Below are positions 18,085 to 28,333 of a stretch of 59,494 nucleotides of DNA, in pieces (position 1 is the stretch's first letter; every line of letters starts with the position of its first letter). Position numbers and translations under genes: made by a program. The notes under the pieces are model-generated. The model was not told the origin of the DNA. It was given only the letters and a program-made list of their open reading frames with translations, and made no database searches. Source of the DNA: an uncultured bacterium (GTDB taxonomy: Bacteria; Fidelibacterota; Marinisomatia; Marinisomatales; UBA1611); contig CAZEER010000002.1 of the NCBI GenBank assembly GCA_964511215.1, forward strand, positions 1 through 59,494, given 5' to 3'.

Positions 18085-19116
18085 ATGAAAGCTGCAATTT
18101 TAAATAAGTCAAAAAAACCACTTGTTCTGGCTGAAATAAATACTCCTGATGAATTAGGATTTGGTCAGGTTTTAGTTGACGTACATTATAGTGGAATTTG
18201 TGGTGCGCAGATTAATGAAATCGATGCTGTTAAAGGAGATGATAAATTTTTACCACATTTATTAGGTCATGAGGGATCTGGTATAGTTTCTGCAGTAGGT
18301 CCGGGTGTTAAGACTGTAAAAAAGAATGATCATGTAGTTTTGCATTGGAGACATAGTTCTGGTATTCAGTCTGAGCCTCCAAAATATGATTGGAATGGGA
18401 AAATAGTTAATGCTGGCTGGGTTACTACATTTAATGAGCAGGCCATTATATCAGAAAATAGGTTAACTGTAATTCCTGATGATTTTGATATGCGAATAGC
18501 GCCACTATTTGGATGTGCAGTTACTACAGCATTTGGTGTAATTAATAATGATGCAAAATTAAAAGTGGGCCAGTCTGTGCTGATTTTTGGCATTGGAGGA
18601 GTAGGACTTAATATTGTACAGGCTTCTTCAATGGTGTCCTCTTATCCAATTATTGGTGTTGATCTATTGGTAGAAAAGCTTGAAATTGGAATGCAATATG
18701 GCCTGACCCATGCTATTGATGGTAAAAATAATGATATTTTAAATAAGGTTAGGAATATTGTTGGTGAAAAAGGCGCTGATGTGGTGATAGATACTACGGG
18801 AAATACTAAAGTAATAGAATTGGCATATCACCTTACTCATCCAGATGGAAAAACAATTTTGGTAGGTGTACCAAAGATAGGAGAAAATATATCAATTTAC
18901 TCTTTGCCATTACATTTTAATAAGGTTTTAACAGGGTCTCACGGAGGGAATGCGGTTCCTGATATAGAGATTCCTCGGTATATTCGACTTATAAATGCAG
19001 AAAAAATGACTCTCGATGGCATAATCACACATGAATTTCAGCTTTGGGATATTAATGATGCATTAGAGCTTTTTAGAAGTGGGGAGGCGGGTAGAATAAT
19101 TATTCGAATGAATTAA
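18085..19116 (+). CDS. zinc-dependent alcohol dehydrogenase family (MDR) oxidoreductase
   Basis: GHEGSGIVSAVGPGV, IFGIGGVGLNIVQ. The ORF opens at TTG 18079; ATG 18085 is the more likely start. Confidence 0.85.
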   Translation: MKAAILNKSKKPLVLAEINTPDELGFGQVLVDVHYSGICGAQINEIDAVKGDDKFLPHLLGHEGSGIVSAVGPGVKTVKKNDHVVLHWRHSSGIQSEPPKYDWNGKIVNAGWVTTFNEQAIISENRLTVIPDDFDMRIAPLFGCAVTTAFGVINNDAKLKVGQSVLIFGIGGVGLNIVQASSMVSSYPIIGVDLLVEKLEIGMQYGLTHAIDGKNNDILNKVRNIVGEKGADVVIDTTGNTKVIELAYHLTHPDGKTILVGVPKIGENISIYSLPLHFNKVLTGSHGGNAVPDIEIPRYIRLINAEKMTLDGIITHEFQLWDINDALELFRSGEAGRIIIRMN

Positions 19117-19172
19117 TTAATGATGACTAGTCCATATAAATTAATAATATATAATAAAATGAGAAAATAATT

Positions 19173-20300
19173 ATGCATGTACCATTTTTTGATTTAAAAG
19201 TAAGGGATCCTCAGATTAAAGAGGAATTATTAGAAGCAGTCGAGAGAGTGCTTAATCATGGCCGAATTCTTTTTGGTCCCGAAGTAGATGAATTTGAACA
19301 GAGAGTCGCTCTAGCAGCAGGTACAAAATACTGTTTGGGTAGTGCTTCGGGAAGTAGTGCGTTATATCTTGCTTTAAAATGTTTAGACATTGGTCCAGGA
19401 GATGAAGTCATAACAACACCTCTAACATGGATCATCACAGGAAATGCCATAGCAGAATGTGGCGCTATACCAGTGTTTGTTGATATTCGAGATGATTTCA
19501 ATATTGATCCAGATTGTATAAGATCAGCAATAACAGAAAAAACTAAAGCTATCATACCGGTTCATTTTACCGGACTCATGTGTGAGATGGATAAGATATC
19601 AGAAATAGCATCTGATAATAATCTTTATATAATTGAAGATGCTGCTCAAGCATATGGAGCTGAATATAAATCACAAAAAGCTGGCTCTTTTTCTTCAGTT
19701 GGTATTTTTAGTATGAATTCTATGAAAGTACTTGGAGGTTATGGTGAAACGGGCGCTGCAGTAACTAATGATGAGAGGTGTTATGAAAAATTAAAAATTT
19801 TAAGATATACAGGTACAAAATCTGATCCGAAAAAAATTATAACTAATGAAGCAATTTATGTATCACTGAATCATAAAATTGATACCATCCAAGCAGCAAT
19901 GCTTCTAGTTATGATGAAGTACCTTCCCGGTAGAATGGAAAGGCGAACTGAAATAGCAAAAAGATATAATGATGCACTTGGAGACTTTGTTATTTGCCCA
20001 AAATTAAAAAGTAATAATATTCACGCTTTGTATACATATGCGATTCAAGCAGAAAAAAGAGATTCGTTAATGGAATATTTGCACAAAAATAAAATAGAAA
20101 CAAAAATTTATCATAAACCTCTAGTGTCAGATGCTCCTGTTTTTAGGCAATATGTCAGAAATGACACACCTAATGCAATAAAGGTTTTAAATAGGTTTCT
20201 GAGTTTGCCAGCTCATGAAAAATTGAGTGATGACCAAGTTGATTATGTCATTGAAAAAGTAAAAAAATTTTATAGCAAAAAATCTAAAATAGGATACTAA
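19173..20300 (+). CDS. DegT/DnrJ/EryC1/StrS-family PLP-dependent sugar aminotransferase
   Basis: GPEVDEFEQ, SGSSALYLAL, IIEDAAQAYGA, FSMNSMKVL (PLP lysine region). Confidence 0.85.
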   Translation: MHVPFFDLKVRDPQIKEELLEAVERVLNHGRILFGPEVDEFEQRVALAAGTKYCLGSASGSSALYLALKCLDIGPGDEVITTPLTWIITGNAIAECGAIPVFVDIRDDFNIDPDCIRSAITEKTKAIIPVHFTGLMCEMDKISEIASDNNLYIIEDAAQAYGAEYKSQKAGSFSSVGIFSMNSMKVLGGYGETGAAVTNDERCYEKLKILRYTGTKSDPKKIITNEAIYVSLNHKIDTIQAAMLLVMMKYLPGRMERRTEIAKRYNDALGDFVICPKLKSNNIHALYTYAIQAEKRDSLMEYLHKNKIETKIYHKPLVSDAPVFRQYVRNDTPNAIKVLNRFLSLPAHEKLSDDQVDYVIEKVKKFYSKKSKIGY

Positions 20301-20301
20301 A

Positions 20302-21546
20302 ATGAAAAACTTTAATTATCAAGAAACATGTAAATTATGTAAAACGGATACAATTGAGAAAGTATTAGATCTTGTTGCGTTACCTGTTGGTGATAGGTAT
20401 GTTCCAGAAAAAGATAAAATGAAAGTTACGGATACCTACCCTTTAGATATAATGATGTGTGGTAATTGTGGTCACTACCAAAACAATGGATATGTAAATC
20501 CTGATTTAATTTATGGTCATTACCTATCAAGACCTGCTACAACAAATCCAGTTTTGTCTGATATATATAAAGAATATGTGAATGATTTATTAACGTTATA
20601 TGTTAAAAGCAAAGACCCTTTTGCTGTTGAAGCAGGAAGCAATGATGGCGCATTTATTGGTTATTTGCAAGAACGTGATGTTAGGGTATTGGGTGTGGAG
20701 CCATCTCCTAATTTATCAAAACAAGCGAATGATTTTGAAATTCCAACTATTCAAGATTATTTTAGCTTGAGATGTGCAAAACAAATTAAAAAAGACTATG
20801 GAGAAGTTGATATTTTTGTAGCAAATCATACTTTTTCGAATATCATAGACTTGGATGATTTTGTTGGTGGGGTAAAACATTTATTATCGCAAAATGGTGT
20901 TTTTTCAATGCAGACACACTACCATCTTGATGTGATCGAAAAAAATCTAATTGAAAATTTCACCCATGAACATCTTTCAGGGTTTTATGTAAAGCCGTTG
21001 GTTACTTTCTTTAAAAGCTATGGATTAGAATTGTTTCATGTTCAAAGAGTTCCAGCCAAAGAGGGTTCGATTCGCTGTTTTATCCAAAATGAAGGTGGTC
21101 CCAATGTAGTGAATTCTTCAGTTCAAGAAATCCTATCATATGAAAAGTCGATTGGAATGAATAAGAAAAATCGTCATGATTCAATTGCTCATTTCATTGA
21201 TAGCATAAAGATACAACTTCATAACCTATTGGATGATAAAATTAAATCTGGAAAAACTGTAGCTGCATTTGGGACATCAACAGGAGCAACAACCTTTTCC
21301 TTCAATTATGATTTAGGAAAAATAATTTCTTTTTTTGTGGATGATGATCCCTATAGGCATAATCTAGTTAGTCCAGGGTTCCATATCCCCGTTTTACCAT
21401 CAAAAGCTATTTATGATAGGAAGCCAGATTATGTTATTATTCTTGCACCTCTTTATGCAGAAATAATTATGAAGAAAAATATGGAATATTTAAAACAAGG
21501 TGGGACATTTATAAAAATTTGGCCAGAATTTGAAGTTGTCACTTAA
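20302..21546 (+). CDS. NDP-sugar C-methyltransferase-like protein (Zn-ribbon + SAM MTase + C-terminal domain; TylCIII/EryBIII architecture)
   Basis: CKLCKTD...CGNCGH zinc ribbon, AVEAGSNDGAFIGYL SAM motif and about 130 aa of C-terminal domain. Confidence 0.75.
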   Translation: MKNFNYQETCKLCKTDTIEKVLDLVALPVGDRYVPEKDKMKVTDTYPLDIMMCGNCGHYQNNGYVNPDLIYGHYLSRPATTNPVLSDIYKEYVNDLLTLYVKSKDPFAVEAGSNDGAFIGYLQERDVRVLGVEPSPNLSKQANDFEIPTIQDYFSLRCAKQIKKDYGEVDIFVANHTFSNIIDLDDFVGGVKHLLSQNGVFSMQTHYHLDVIEKNLIENFTHEHLSGFYVKPLVTFFKSYGLELFHVQRVPAKEGSIRCFIQNEGGPNVVNSSVQEILSYEKSIGMNKKNRHDSIAHFIDSIKIQLHNLLDDKIKSGKTVAAFGTSTGATTFSFNYDLGKIISFFVDDDPYRHNLVSPGFHIPVLPSKAIYDRKPDYVIILAPLYAEIIMKKNMEYLKQGGTFIKIWPEFEVVT

Positions 21547-21570
21547 AATTTTATTTGAAGATAGTTGTAA

Positions 21571-22212
21571 TTGGATAATAAAAGTAAAAAAAAGATAGCA
21601 AAACAATACGACGAGCTAGTCAAGAAGTATGGCGATAATATTGATGCTTTGCATACTAATAATGCTAGATATAATAAGGAGCATCAAGATATTAAATTCC
21701 AATTTGTTTATGATCAACTTGGAAATTATGATAGTTTACTTGATGTGGGTTGTGGTCTTGGACATTTAGCTGATTTTTGCAAGGATAGAGGGTGGCATGG
21801 CAAATATACAGGTATAGATTTAAGTGGAGAAATGGTAGATATTGTTAAAAAGAAACTTAAAACAGATAAAATATTAAAATTAGACATTCTCGAAGAAAAA
21901 TATGAAGACAAGCACGATGTTGTTGCATCAATATCAACATTGCAAGAAAAGCCACCTTTTGAAGAATCTTATAGTTATTTACAAAATATGATTGCTAAAA
22001 TGTTTCAAATAGCTAAAAAATGTGTAGTATTAGATATATTTTCAAATAAGTTTTCTGATTATCTAAATCCTAATAATCTTTATGTAAATCCATCAGTTTT
22101 TTTGAATGATCTTTATAAACTTACAAATCGATTAATAATCCTGAACCATTATAATCCATACCAGCTAACTGTTATTCTATACAAAAAACAATTAAATGGA
22201 TGGTCAATTTAA
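21571..22212 (+). CDS. class I SAM-dependent methyltransferase
   Basis: TTG start; LLDVGCGLGHLADF motif I. Confidence 0.7.
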   Translation: MDNKSKKKIAKQYDELVKKYGDNIDALHTNNARYNKEHQDIKFQFVYDQLGNYDSLLDVGCGLGHLADFCKDRGWHGKYTGIDLSGEMVDIVKKKLKTDKILKLDILEEKYEDKHDVVASISTLQEKPPFEESYSYLQNMIAKMFQIAKKCVVLDIFSNKFSDYLNPNNLYVNPSVFLNDLYKLTNRLIILNHYNPYQLTVILYKKQLNGWSI

Positions 22213-22227
22213 GGAGTTGATAAAATT

Positions 22228-22725
22228 ATGCCTGAAATAATAAAAAATAATGAAGATTTACTTTTTATTAATGATGAACTTGTTGATAAAATTAAAATGG
22301 AATCACAAAAATCAGATAGAAACATCGCGAGGTTATTAATGCATAAAAGCCATGATGATTTAGTCCAAGAAATGTTAATTGCGATGTGTAAAGATAGTTG
22401 TATAATCCCAAATAGATGTGAAGGTAAATCAGAATCTTTGCAAATTATTGAAGGCAGATTATTAATAGTTATATTTGATGAATGTGGGGTTCCTATCAAA
22501 AAAGTTGAGATGAGCCAATTTGGGTCAGGTAAAGTATCTCTCTACAGGATGTCATCAACACCTTGGCATACAATGATTCCTCTTTCAAATAGCGTTGTTG
22601 TTCATGAGGTCATAGAGGGTCCGTTTTCCAACGTATCTGATCCAATTCCTGACTGGATTCCAAATGATCATGGGAAATTAGCATCATTTATACGCGATTT
22701 AAAAATAAATGCGATTGAACCTTAA
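22228..22725 (+). CDS. WbuC-type cupin-fold protein (metal-site histidines replaced)
   Basis: AGGAG SD upstream. Aligns with the 23939 paralog (EMLI, ES..IIEG, HT.I, VHE..EGPF), but the HxH position reads NRC. Confidence 0.65.
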   Translation: MPEIIKNNEDLLFINDELVDKIKMESQKSDRNIARLLMHKSHDDLVQEMLIAMCKDSCIIPNRCEGKSESLQIIEGRLLIVIFDECGVPIKKVEMSQFGSGKVSLYRMSSTPWHTMIPLSNSVVVHEVIEGPFSNVSDPIPDWIPNDHGKLASFIRDLKINAIEP

Positions 22726-23929
22726 AAATAAATGCCGGATTTGTAGAAATGATAATCTACAAGTGCTTATTAATGCTGGTTCGCAACCATTATGCAATCG
22801 GTATAAAATTGATTTAATCAGTAATGATTATAAAAATGAATTAGTAATTGTACAATGTCGCACCTGCGCATTGATACAGTTGCTGAATACGGTACCTGAT
22901 GATGAAATTATTCCTAAAGTTACTTGGTTAAAGTATAATGAGCCTGAAGATCATCTAAGTAACTTAGCAGACATTTTATCAAAATTAGATTTTTCAACAC
23001 ATTCGCCATCAGCCCTTGGAATCACATATAAAGATGATTCGCTTTTGTACCGTTTAAGTAAAAAAGGAATATCAAAAACCTTCAGAATAGACCCTCTTAT
23101 AGATTTAGGTATTCACCAAGAAGGTATTGCAGGAGAAACAATAATTCCCAAAATAACAAAAAATGCGATTCAACGCTTGATTAGTAAAAATGGTAAAGTA
23201 GATTTAATTATTGCACGCCACATCTTTGAACATACAACAAATACTCAGGAATTTTTGAAGGTGATATCGCGAATACTTAAACCTGATGGTTACATTGTTT
23301 TTGAAGTACCAGATTGCATAGTACAGCTTCATAATTTTGATTATACCATGCTTTGGGAAGAACACACAATTTATTTTACTTCTGAAACGTTAAGAAATTC
23401 ATTTCATTATACATCTTTTGATCTAGTGAGTTTAGAAGAGTATGAATACTCCATAGAAAATGCATTGGTTGCAATTATTCAAAAAAAAGATAATAAGTTA
23501 ATTCGCAAAAGTTATGACAATGGTTTAGAGAAAAATCTAAAAATTGGCTACCTATATGCTGAAAAATTCTTATTTTATAAAAATCTTCTAAAAGATGTAT
23601 TACGAAATTATAAAATGAATGATGAGAAGATTGCTGTATTTGGAGCAGGGCACTTATCAATTATGTTTATTAATTTAATGGAGGTAGCATCATATATTGA
23701 ATTTATAGTAGATGATGATATCAATAAACAGAAGGTTTATATGCCTGGGTCAGGGCTAGCTATAAAGGGTTCAAAATCTTTAATTACGCATAGTATAAAC
23801 TTATGCTTATTAAGTCTGAGTCCAGATAGTGAGCGAAAAGTTTTGAAAAATAATAAAAACTTTTTGATTAAAGGTGGGTTATTTAAATCAATATTCCCAA
23901 ATAGAAAAAATTCGATTTTTAGTGCCTAG
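22709..23929 (+). CDS. C-methyltransferase-like protein, paralog 2 (Zn-ribbon present, SAM motif I degenerate)
   Basis: CRICRND...CRTCALIQ zinc ribbon. The motif-I position reads ALGITYKDDSLL. DLIIARHIFEHT and IVFEVPD are retained. Confidence 0.6.
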   Translation: MRLNLKNKCRICRNDNLQVLINAGSQPLCNRYKIDLISNDYKNELVIVQCRTCALIQLLNTVPDDEIIPKVTWLKYNEPEDHLSNLADILSKLDFSTHSPSALGITYKDDSLLYRLSKKGISKTFRIDPLIDLGIHQEGIAGETIIPKITKNAIQRLISKNGKVDLIIARHIFEHTTNTQEFLKVISRILKPDGYIVFEVPDCIVQLHNFDYTMLWEEHTIYFTSETLRNSFHYTSFDLVSLEEYEYSIENALVAIIQKKDNKLIRKSYDNGLEKNLKIGYLYAEKFLFYKNLLKDVLRNYKMNDEKIAVFGAGHLSIMFINLMEVASYIEFIVDDDINKQKVYMPGSGLAIKGSKSLITHSINLCLLSLSPDSERKVLKNNKNFLIKGGLFKSIFPNRKNSIFSA

Positions 23930-23938
23930 GTTCTTAAT

Positions 23939-24469
23939 ATGGAATATGATAAGATAAATAACGAAGTTTTATATTCAACAAATGATATTACAAAAATAAA
24001 TATTTCAGATATTGAAGTATTGAAAGAGAGGGCAAGTCTCAACCGGCGCAGAAGAATAAGATTATGTGTGCATAAATCAATCAATGACAACATTCATGAA
24101 ATGCTTATAGTACATGAAAAAAGTTGCTATGTCAGGCCACACAAACACCTTAACAAAGTAGAGTCATTCCATATTATTGAAGGTAGTGCGAATATAATTT
24201 TATTCAATGATGTTGGAGTAATTAGTCAAGTAATTGAAATGGGTGACTTCAGTACTGGTAAAAACTTTTTTTATCGTTTACCTCCTTCTCATTATCATAC
24301 TATAATAATTAAGAGTGATGTTTTAGTCTTCCATGAAACTACAAACGGGCCTTTTCGTCCTGATGAAACTATTTGGGCAGACTGGGCGCCCGATGAATCT
24401 GATGATAAAAAGATTTTACAATACATTAAAAAATTAAATGAAAAAATTAAACAAGAATATACTACTTAA
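23939..24469 (+). CDS. WbuC-family cupin-fold metalloprotein
   Basis: Cupin motif 1 intact: PHKHLNKVESFHIIEG (HxH-x4-E-x6-G). HYHTIII and HETTNGPF. Confidence 0.7.
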   Translation: MEYDKINNEVLYSTNDITKINISDIEVLKERASLNRRRRIRLCVHKSINDNIHEMLIVHEKSCYVRPHKHLNKVESFHIIEGSANIILFNDVGVISQVIEMGDFSTGKNFFYRLPPSHYHTIIIKSDVLVFHETTNGPFRPDETIWADWAPDESDDKKILQYIKKLNEKIKQEYTT

Positions 24470-25007
24470 CGAAAGCGAAACGCTTTCAATCCCAAATAAA
24501 ATAAAATCTGAAGGTATTGTTTATGAGGATGGATACAAAAAAATAGAAAAAATTACTGCTAAATTTGACGATTTTAATAAAGAATATTTTGTGTCAGATT
24601 TTGGTGAAAAATCTGCGTTACTTGCATCTTGTAATGACCATATTTTGCTTACGAGGCAATATAGGTTATTAATAAATGACTTATCTTATGAGATTCCGGG
24701 AGGAAAAGTAAATAATGATGAAGTAGCAGAGGAGGCTGCCATTAGAGAGTGTTATGAAGAAACTGGTTTATTATTCAATAACTTGGAACCTTTGATTACT
24801 TATGACCCAGATTTGGAATATACTAAAAATCGGACACATGTGTTTTTTGTCAATGATTCAAGAAATATATATAATAGAAATTCGAAAAAGTACGAATGGT
24901 TACCCTATAAAAAATGCATAGAGATGATAAATAAGCGAGTAATAATGGATAGTCTTTCTATAATTGCAATTTTAGCATTTAGTTTAAAAGCAAAGATAAA
25001 AACATAA
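24438..25007 (+). CDS. NUDIX hydrolase
   Basis: Nudix box GGKVNNDEVAEEAAIRECYEETGL (Gx5Ex7REUxEExGU). Confidence 0.8.
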   Translation: MKKLNKNILLNESETLSIPNKIKSEGIVYEDGYKKIEKITAKFDDFNKEYFVSDFGEKSALLASCNDHILLTRQYRLLINDLSYEIPGGKVNNDEVAEEAAIRECYEETGLLFNNLEPLITYDPDLEYTKNRTHVFFVNDSRNIYNRNSKKYEWLPYKKCIEMINKRVIMDSLSIIAILAFSLKAKIKT

Positions 25008-25016
25008 TTTAATCAT

Positions 25017-26102
25017 ATGTCAAAAAATAAAATATATTGGTGGAGAACACAATTCACTGAGCAAGAAATAAATAAAATAGGCGAATCTATAAGGAATGAG
25101 TCAGTTAGTATGGGTAAGGTTACGGAGGAATTTGAATTACAACTCGCGGGAAAATTGAATTTACCTTATGTTGTTTGTGTTACTAGTGGGTCAACTGCAC
25201 TATTAATGGCATTAATGGCTTTGGGCATTAAACAAGGAGATGAAATAATTATTCCAAATCGCACTTGGGTTGCTACAGCACATGCGCCATTAATGTTAGG
25301 GGCAAAACCTGTTTTAGTTGATGTTTTACCAGATCGTCCAATAATTGATACAAAAAATATAGAAAGAAAAATTAATCAAAAGACTAAAGCTATAATGCCA
25401 GTACAGCTAAATGGAAGGGCAGTGGAAATGGATGTAATATGGGAATTAGCGGGGAAATACAACCTTTCAGTTATTGAGGATTCAGCTCAAGGACTTTTTT
25501 CAAAATACAAAGGTATTTATAATGGAACAAATTCAGATGCGGGATGTTTTTCTTTTTCTATCGCTAAATTAATTCCGACAGGCCAAGGTGGATTTATTGG
25601 TACAAAAGACAAGTCCATTTATAAAAATTTAAAGTTAATGAGGACACATGGGGTAGATGATGTAAATGCTGGGACACCATATACAATGATGGGTTTTAAT
25701 TTTAGATATACAGACCTACAAGCTTCAATTGGTTTAATTCAATTAAAAAAAATCAATCAAAGAATTACAAATTTGATAGAAATACATGAAAAATATCGAT
25801 CTGGGTTTGAAAATAATTCAAAAATTGAATTCATGAATGTAGATGTAGAAAATGGTGAAATCCCATTGTATTCAGAAATATTGATTGATGAAAGGGAAAA
25901 GGTGATTGATTTTTTAAAATCAAAAAATATTGAGACTCGGCCATTTTATCCTGATTTAGATACAGCGAGTCATCTCAAAAGTGAAGAACCATTCCCTAAT
26001 TCTCGACTTTTTGGAAGTAATGGTTTAGTGCTTCCATCTGGTCCAGATCAATCATTAGATGATATTGATAGGGTGATATCTGTCATAAATAATTATATTT
26101 AA
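25017..26102 (+). CDS. DegT/DnrJ/EryC1/StrS-family PLP-dependent sugar aminotransferase
   Basis: SGSTALLMALMAL, VIEDSAQGL, FSFSIAKLI (PLP lysine). Confidence 0.85.
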   Translation: MSKNKIYWWRTQFTEQEINKIGESIRNESVSMGKVTEEFELQLAGKLNLPYVVCVTSGSTALLMALMALGIKQGDEIIIPNRTWVATAHAPLMLGAKPVLVDVLPDRPIIDTKNIERKINQKTKAIMPVQLNGRAVEMDVIWELAGKYNLSVIEDSAQGLFSKYKGIYNGTNSDAGCFSFSIAKLIPTGQGGFIGTKDKSIYKNLKLMRTHGVDDVNAGTPYTMMGFNFRYTDLQASIGLIQLKKINQRITNLIEIHEKYRSGFENNSKIEFMNVDVENGEIPLYSEILIDEREKVIDFLKSKNIETRPFYPDLDTASHLKSEEPFPNSRLFGSNGLVLPSGPDQSLDDIDRVISVINNYI

Positions 26103-26110
26103 ACAAAGCA

Positions 26111-27049
26111 ATGAACTTTTTGATACTGGGGACATCTGAATTTGATATTTATTGTGCCAACGCTATTTTAGCTTCAAAAAATGAAATCTGTATAATGGTT
26201 TCGATGCCTAAAAAATTACGACCTGAAAATTCTTACAATATAGAATTATTTTCTGCAAAAAATAATATTCCATACATTGAAATAGAAGATATAAACTCTA
26301 AAAGTTCAATAAGACTTCTCAAATCATATAATGTCGATTATATTGTTGGTTCATGGCCTAAAATTATAAGGAAAGAAGCTCTTGAAATTCCAAATAAATT
26401 CATTATTGGGACTCATCCGACTGATTTACCTTTCAATAGAGGAAGGCATCCGTTACATTGGTTAATAGCTTTGGGGATATCTAAAACAAAACTATCATTT
26501 TTCAAGATAGATGAAGGTGTGGACACGGGTGAGGTATTGTTGCAACTCCCGTTTAGAATTGAAAAAAATGAAAGCATCAGGGAGCTAAATTATAAAATGA
26601 ACCAAGTAGCTTATGTTGGTATGTTAGAGCTATGTGGTCTACTAGAATCAAATGTTCAAGCAAAAAAACAAAATCATAAACAATCAAATTATTGGAGAAA
26701 ACGAACTCCACATGATGTCACACTTGACTTAAGAATGAGCGCAGATTTAATTAAACGTTTAGTTAAATCTTTTTCGCTTCCTTACTCATGTGCCAATTTA
26801 ATTTTTAGAAATGAAGTTATTAAGATTACTGATATAAATATTCTCGTTTCTGTTTTGGATGATGAGGAACTACGACGAATTGAACCAGGTAGAATAATTA
26901 AAGCTGGGGGAAATAAAATTACTGTAAAAGTTGATGATCAATTAGTTGAATTAATTTCACTTTTACCGTTATCTAAACAGCTATTAGAATCAAAATATAT
27001 ACATCCCCCTACTACTTATTTTCAAAAATACAAATTAGGAATAAATTAA
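26111..27049 (+). CDS. formyltransferase-family protein (sugar N-formyl/acyl-transferase-like)
   Basis: IIGTHPTDLPFNRGRHP aligns with the N-x-H-x-SLLP-xx-RG motif of Fmt/PurN/ArnA. VDTGEVLLQ (Asp loop). C-terminal beta-barrel-like extension. Confidence 0.65.
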   Translation: MNFLILGTSEFDIYCANAILASKNEICIMVSMPKKLRPENSYNIELFSAKNNIPYIEIEDINSKSSIRLLKSYNVDYIVGSWPKIIRKEALEIPNKFIIGTHPTDLPFNRGRHPLHWLIALGISKTKLSFFKIDEGVDTGEVLLQLPFRIEKNESIRELNYKMNQVAYVGMLELCGLLESNVQAKKQNHKQSNYWRKRTPHDVTLDLRMSADLIKRLVKSFSLPYSCANLIFRNEVIKITDINILVSVLDDEELRRIEPGRIIKAGGNKITVKVDDQLVELISLLPLSKQLLESKYIHPPTTYFQKYKLGIN

Positions 27050-27079
27050 TTTTCTAACTGATTTTTATAATTAGTATCA

Positions 27080-28333
27080 ATGAAAAGAATAATTTCGTTT
27101 TTTAAAAAATCCCCTATTGTAGTAGTAGCTTTTTTCGGTGTTTTAATGATAAGAATTTTGAAACCATTTTATATTATCCGTTTTGGTGTAATTGATATTG
27201 GAAGAATAGGTGGATCTTATTCTGGGAATATGTATTTAAGTGCAAAAGCACAAGGTAAATATAAAAGTAATTTTTTAGATTTTTTTTATTTTATAAAACA
27301 TACAAACCATTCTAATACTCAATGGGAGCGTATGTGGCATAGGGTTCTTCCTGTTTTTCCATTTACGACATTGGCTATATATTTAGAAAGAGTAAATAAA
27401 ATCTTTCCAGGATTTCAAATACATAAGATTCCTGAAATTGATATAGTACCTACTTTAGATGAATATCGCAAAAATATTAAAGATGATCTTTCTAAATTGT
27501 ATAATGATAAAATTGATTCAATAATTAAAACTAAAAAACCTAATTTGTATTTTACTCCTGAAGAAGAAAGTTATGCTGAAAAAGAGATGTTGAAATTTGG
27601 ACTATCTGCAGATGATAGTTTTATATGTTTTCATGCAAGGGATTCATCTTATTTAAAACAAGTTGTGGGAAGCTATAATTTTTCTTATCACGACTTTAGA
27701 GATTCAAATATAGATAACTATATTCAAGCTGTCGAAGGAATGATAAATAGAGGCTATCGTGCTTTTCGAATGGGCGCGATTGCTGAAAAACCTTTAAAGG
27801 AGAAAAATATAAAGTTAATTGATTATGCTTTTAATAAGAACAAATCTGACTTTTTGGATATATATCTAATATCAAAAAGCAAGTTTTTTATTTGTTCTGA
27901 TACTGGTTTATCATTTCCTGCTGAAGTTTTTAAAGTGCCAATAGTCTTTGTGAACTGGGCAGTAATTCTAAGATTACCCGTTTATGCACATAATTGTTTG
28001 ATAATTTTTAAGAAATTTTTTTCTAGAACTAAAAAAAGATTCCTAAGTTTTTCAGAAATGATGGATTTAGATCTTTTTACTGGGAAAGCAAATGAAGAAT
28101 TGTCCAACCAGAATTTAGAAGTAATTGAAAATACTCCGGATGAAATATTTTCTCTAGCAGTAGAAATGGATGAACGTTTAAGCGGGAAATGGACTGTGAA
28201 AGAGGATGATAAAATATTGCAAGAAAAATTTTGGAGTATATTTGGTCCTGGACAAATATTAAATACAGATATAAGAGTAGGGACTAAGTTTTTAAGGGAT
28301 AATAGATTTCTGCTTGAGAGTATTAAGGATTAA
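27080..28333 (+). CDS. hypothetical protein, possible GT-B-like transferase (resembles the TIGR04372-type family as I remember it)
   Basis: N-terminus LMIRILKPFYIIRFGVIDIGRIGG and central FICFHARDSSYL...DFRDSNIDNY. Assignment from memory only. Confidence 0.4.
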   Translation: MKRIISFFKKSPIVVVAFFGVLMIRILKPFYIIRFGVIDIGRIGGSYSGNMYLSAKAQGKYKSNFLDFFYFIKHTNHSNTQWERMWHRVLPVFPFTTLAIYLERVNKIFPGFQIHKIPEIDIVPTLDEYRKNIKDDLSKLYNDKIDSIIKTKKPNLYFTPEEESYAEKEMLKFGLSADDSFICFHARDSSYLKQVVGSYNFSYHDFRDSNIDNYIQAVEGMINRGYRAFRMGAIAEKPLKEKNIKLIDYAFNKNKSDFLDIYLISKSKFFICSDTGLSFPAEVFKVPIVFVNWAVILRLPVYAHNCLIIFKKFFSRTKKRFLSFSEMMDLDLFTGKANEELSNQNLEVIENTPDEIFSLAVEMDERLSGKWTVKEDDKILQEKFWSIFGPGQILNTDIRVGTKFLRDNRFLLESIKD

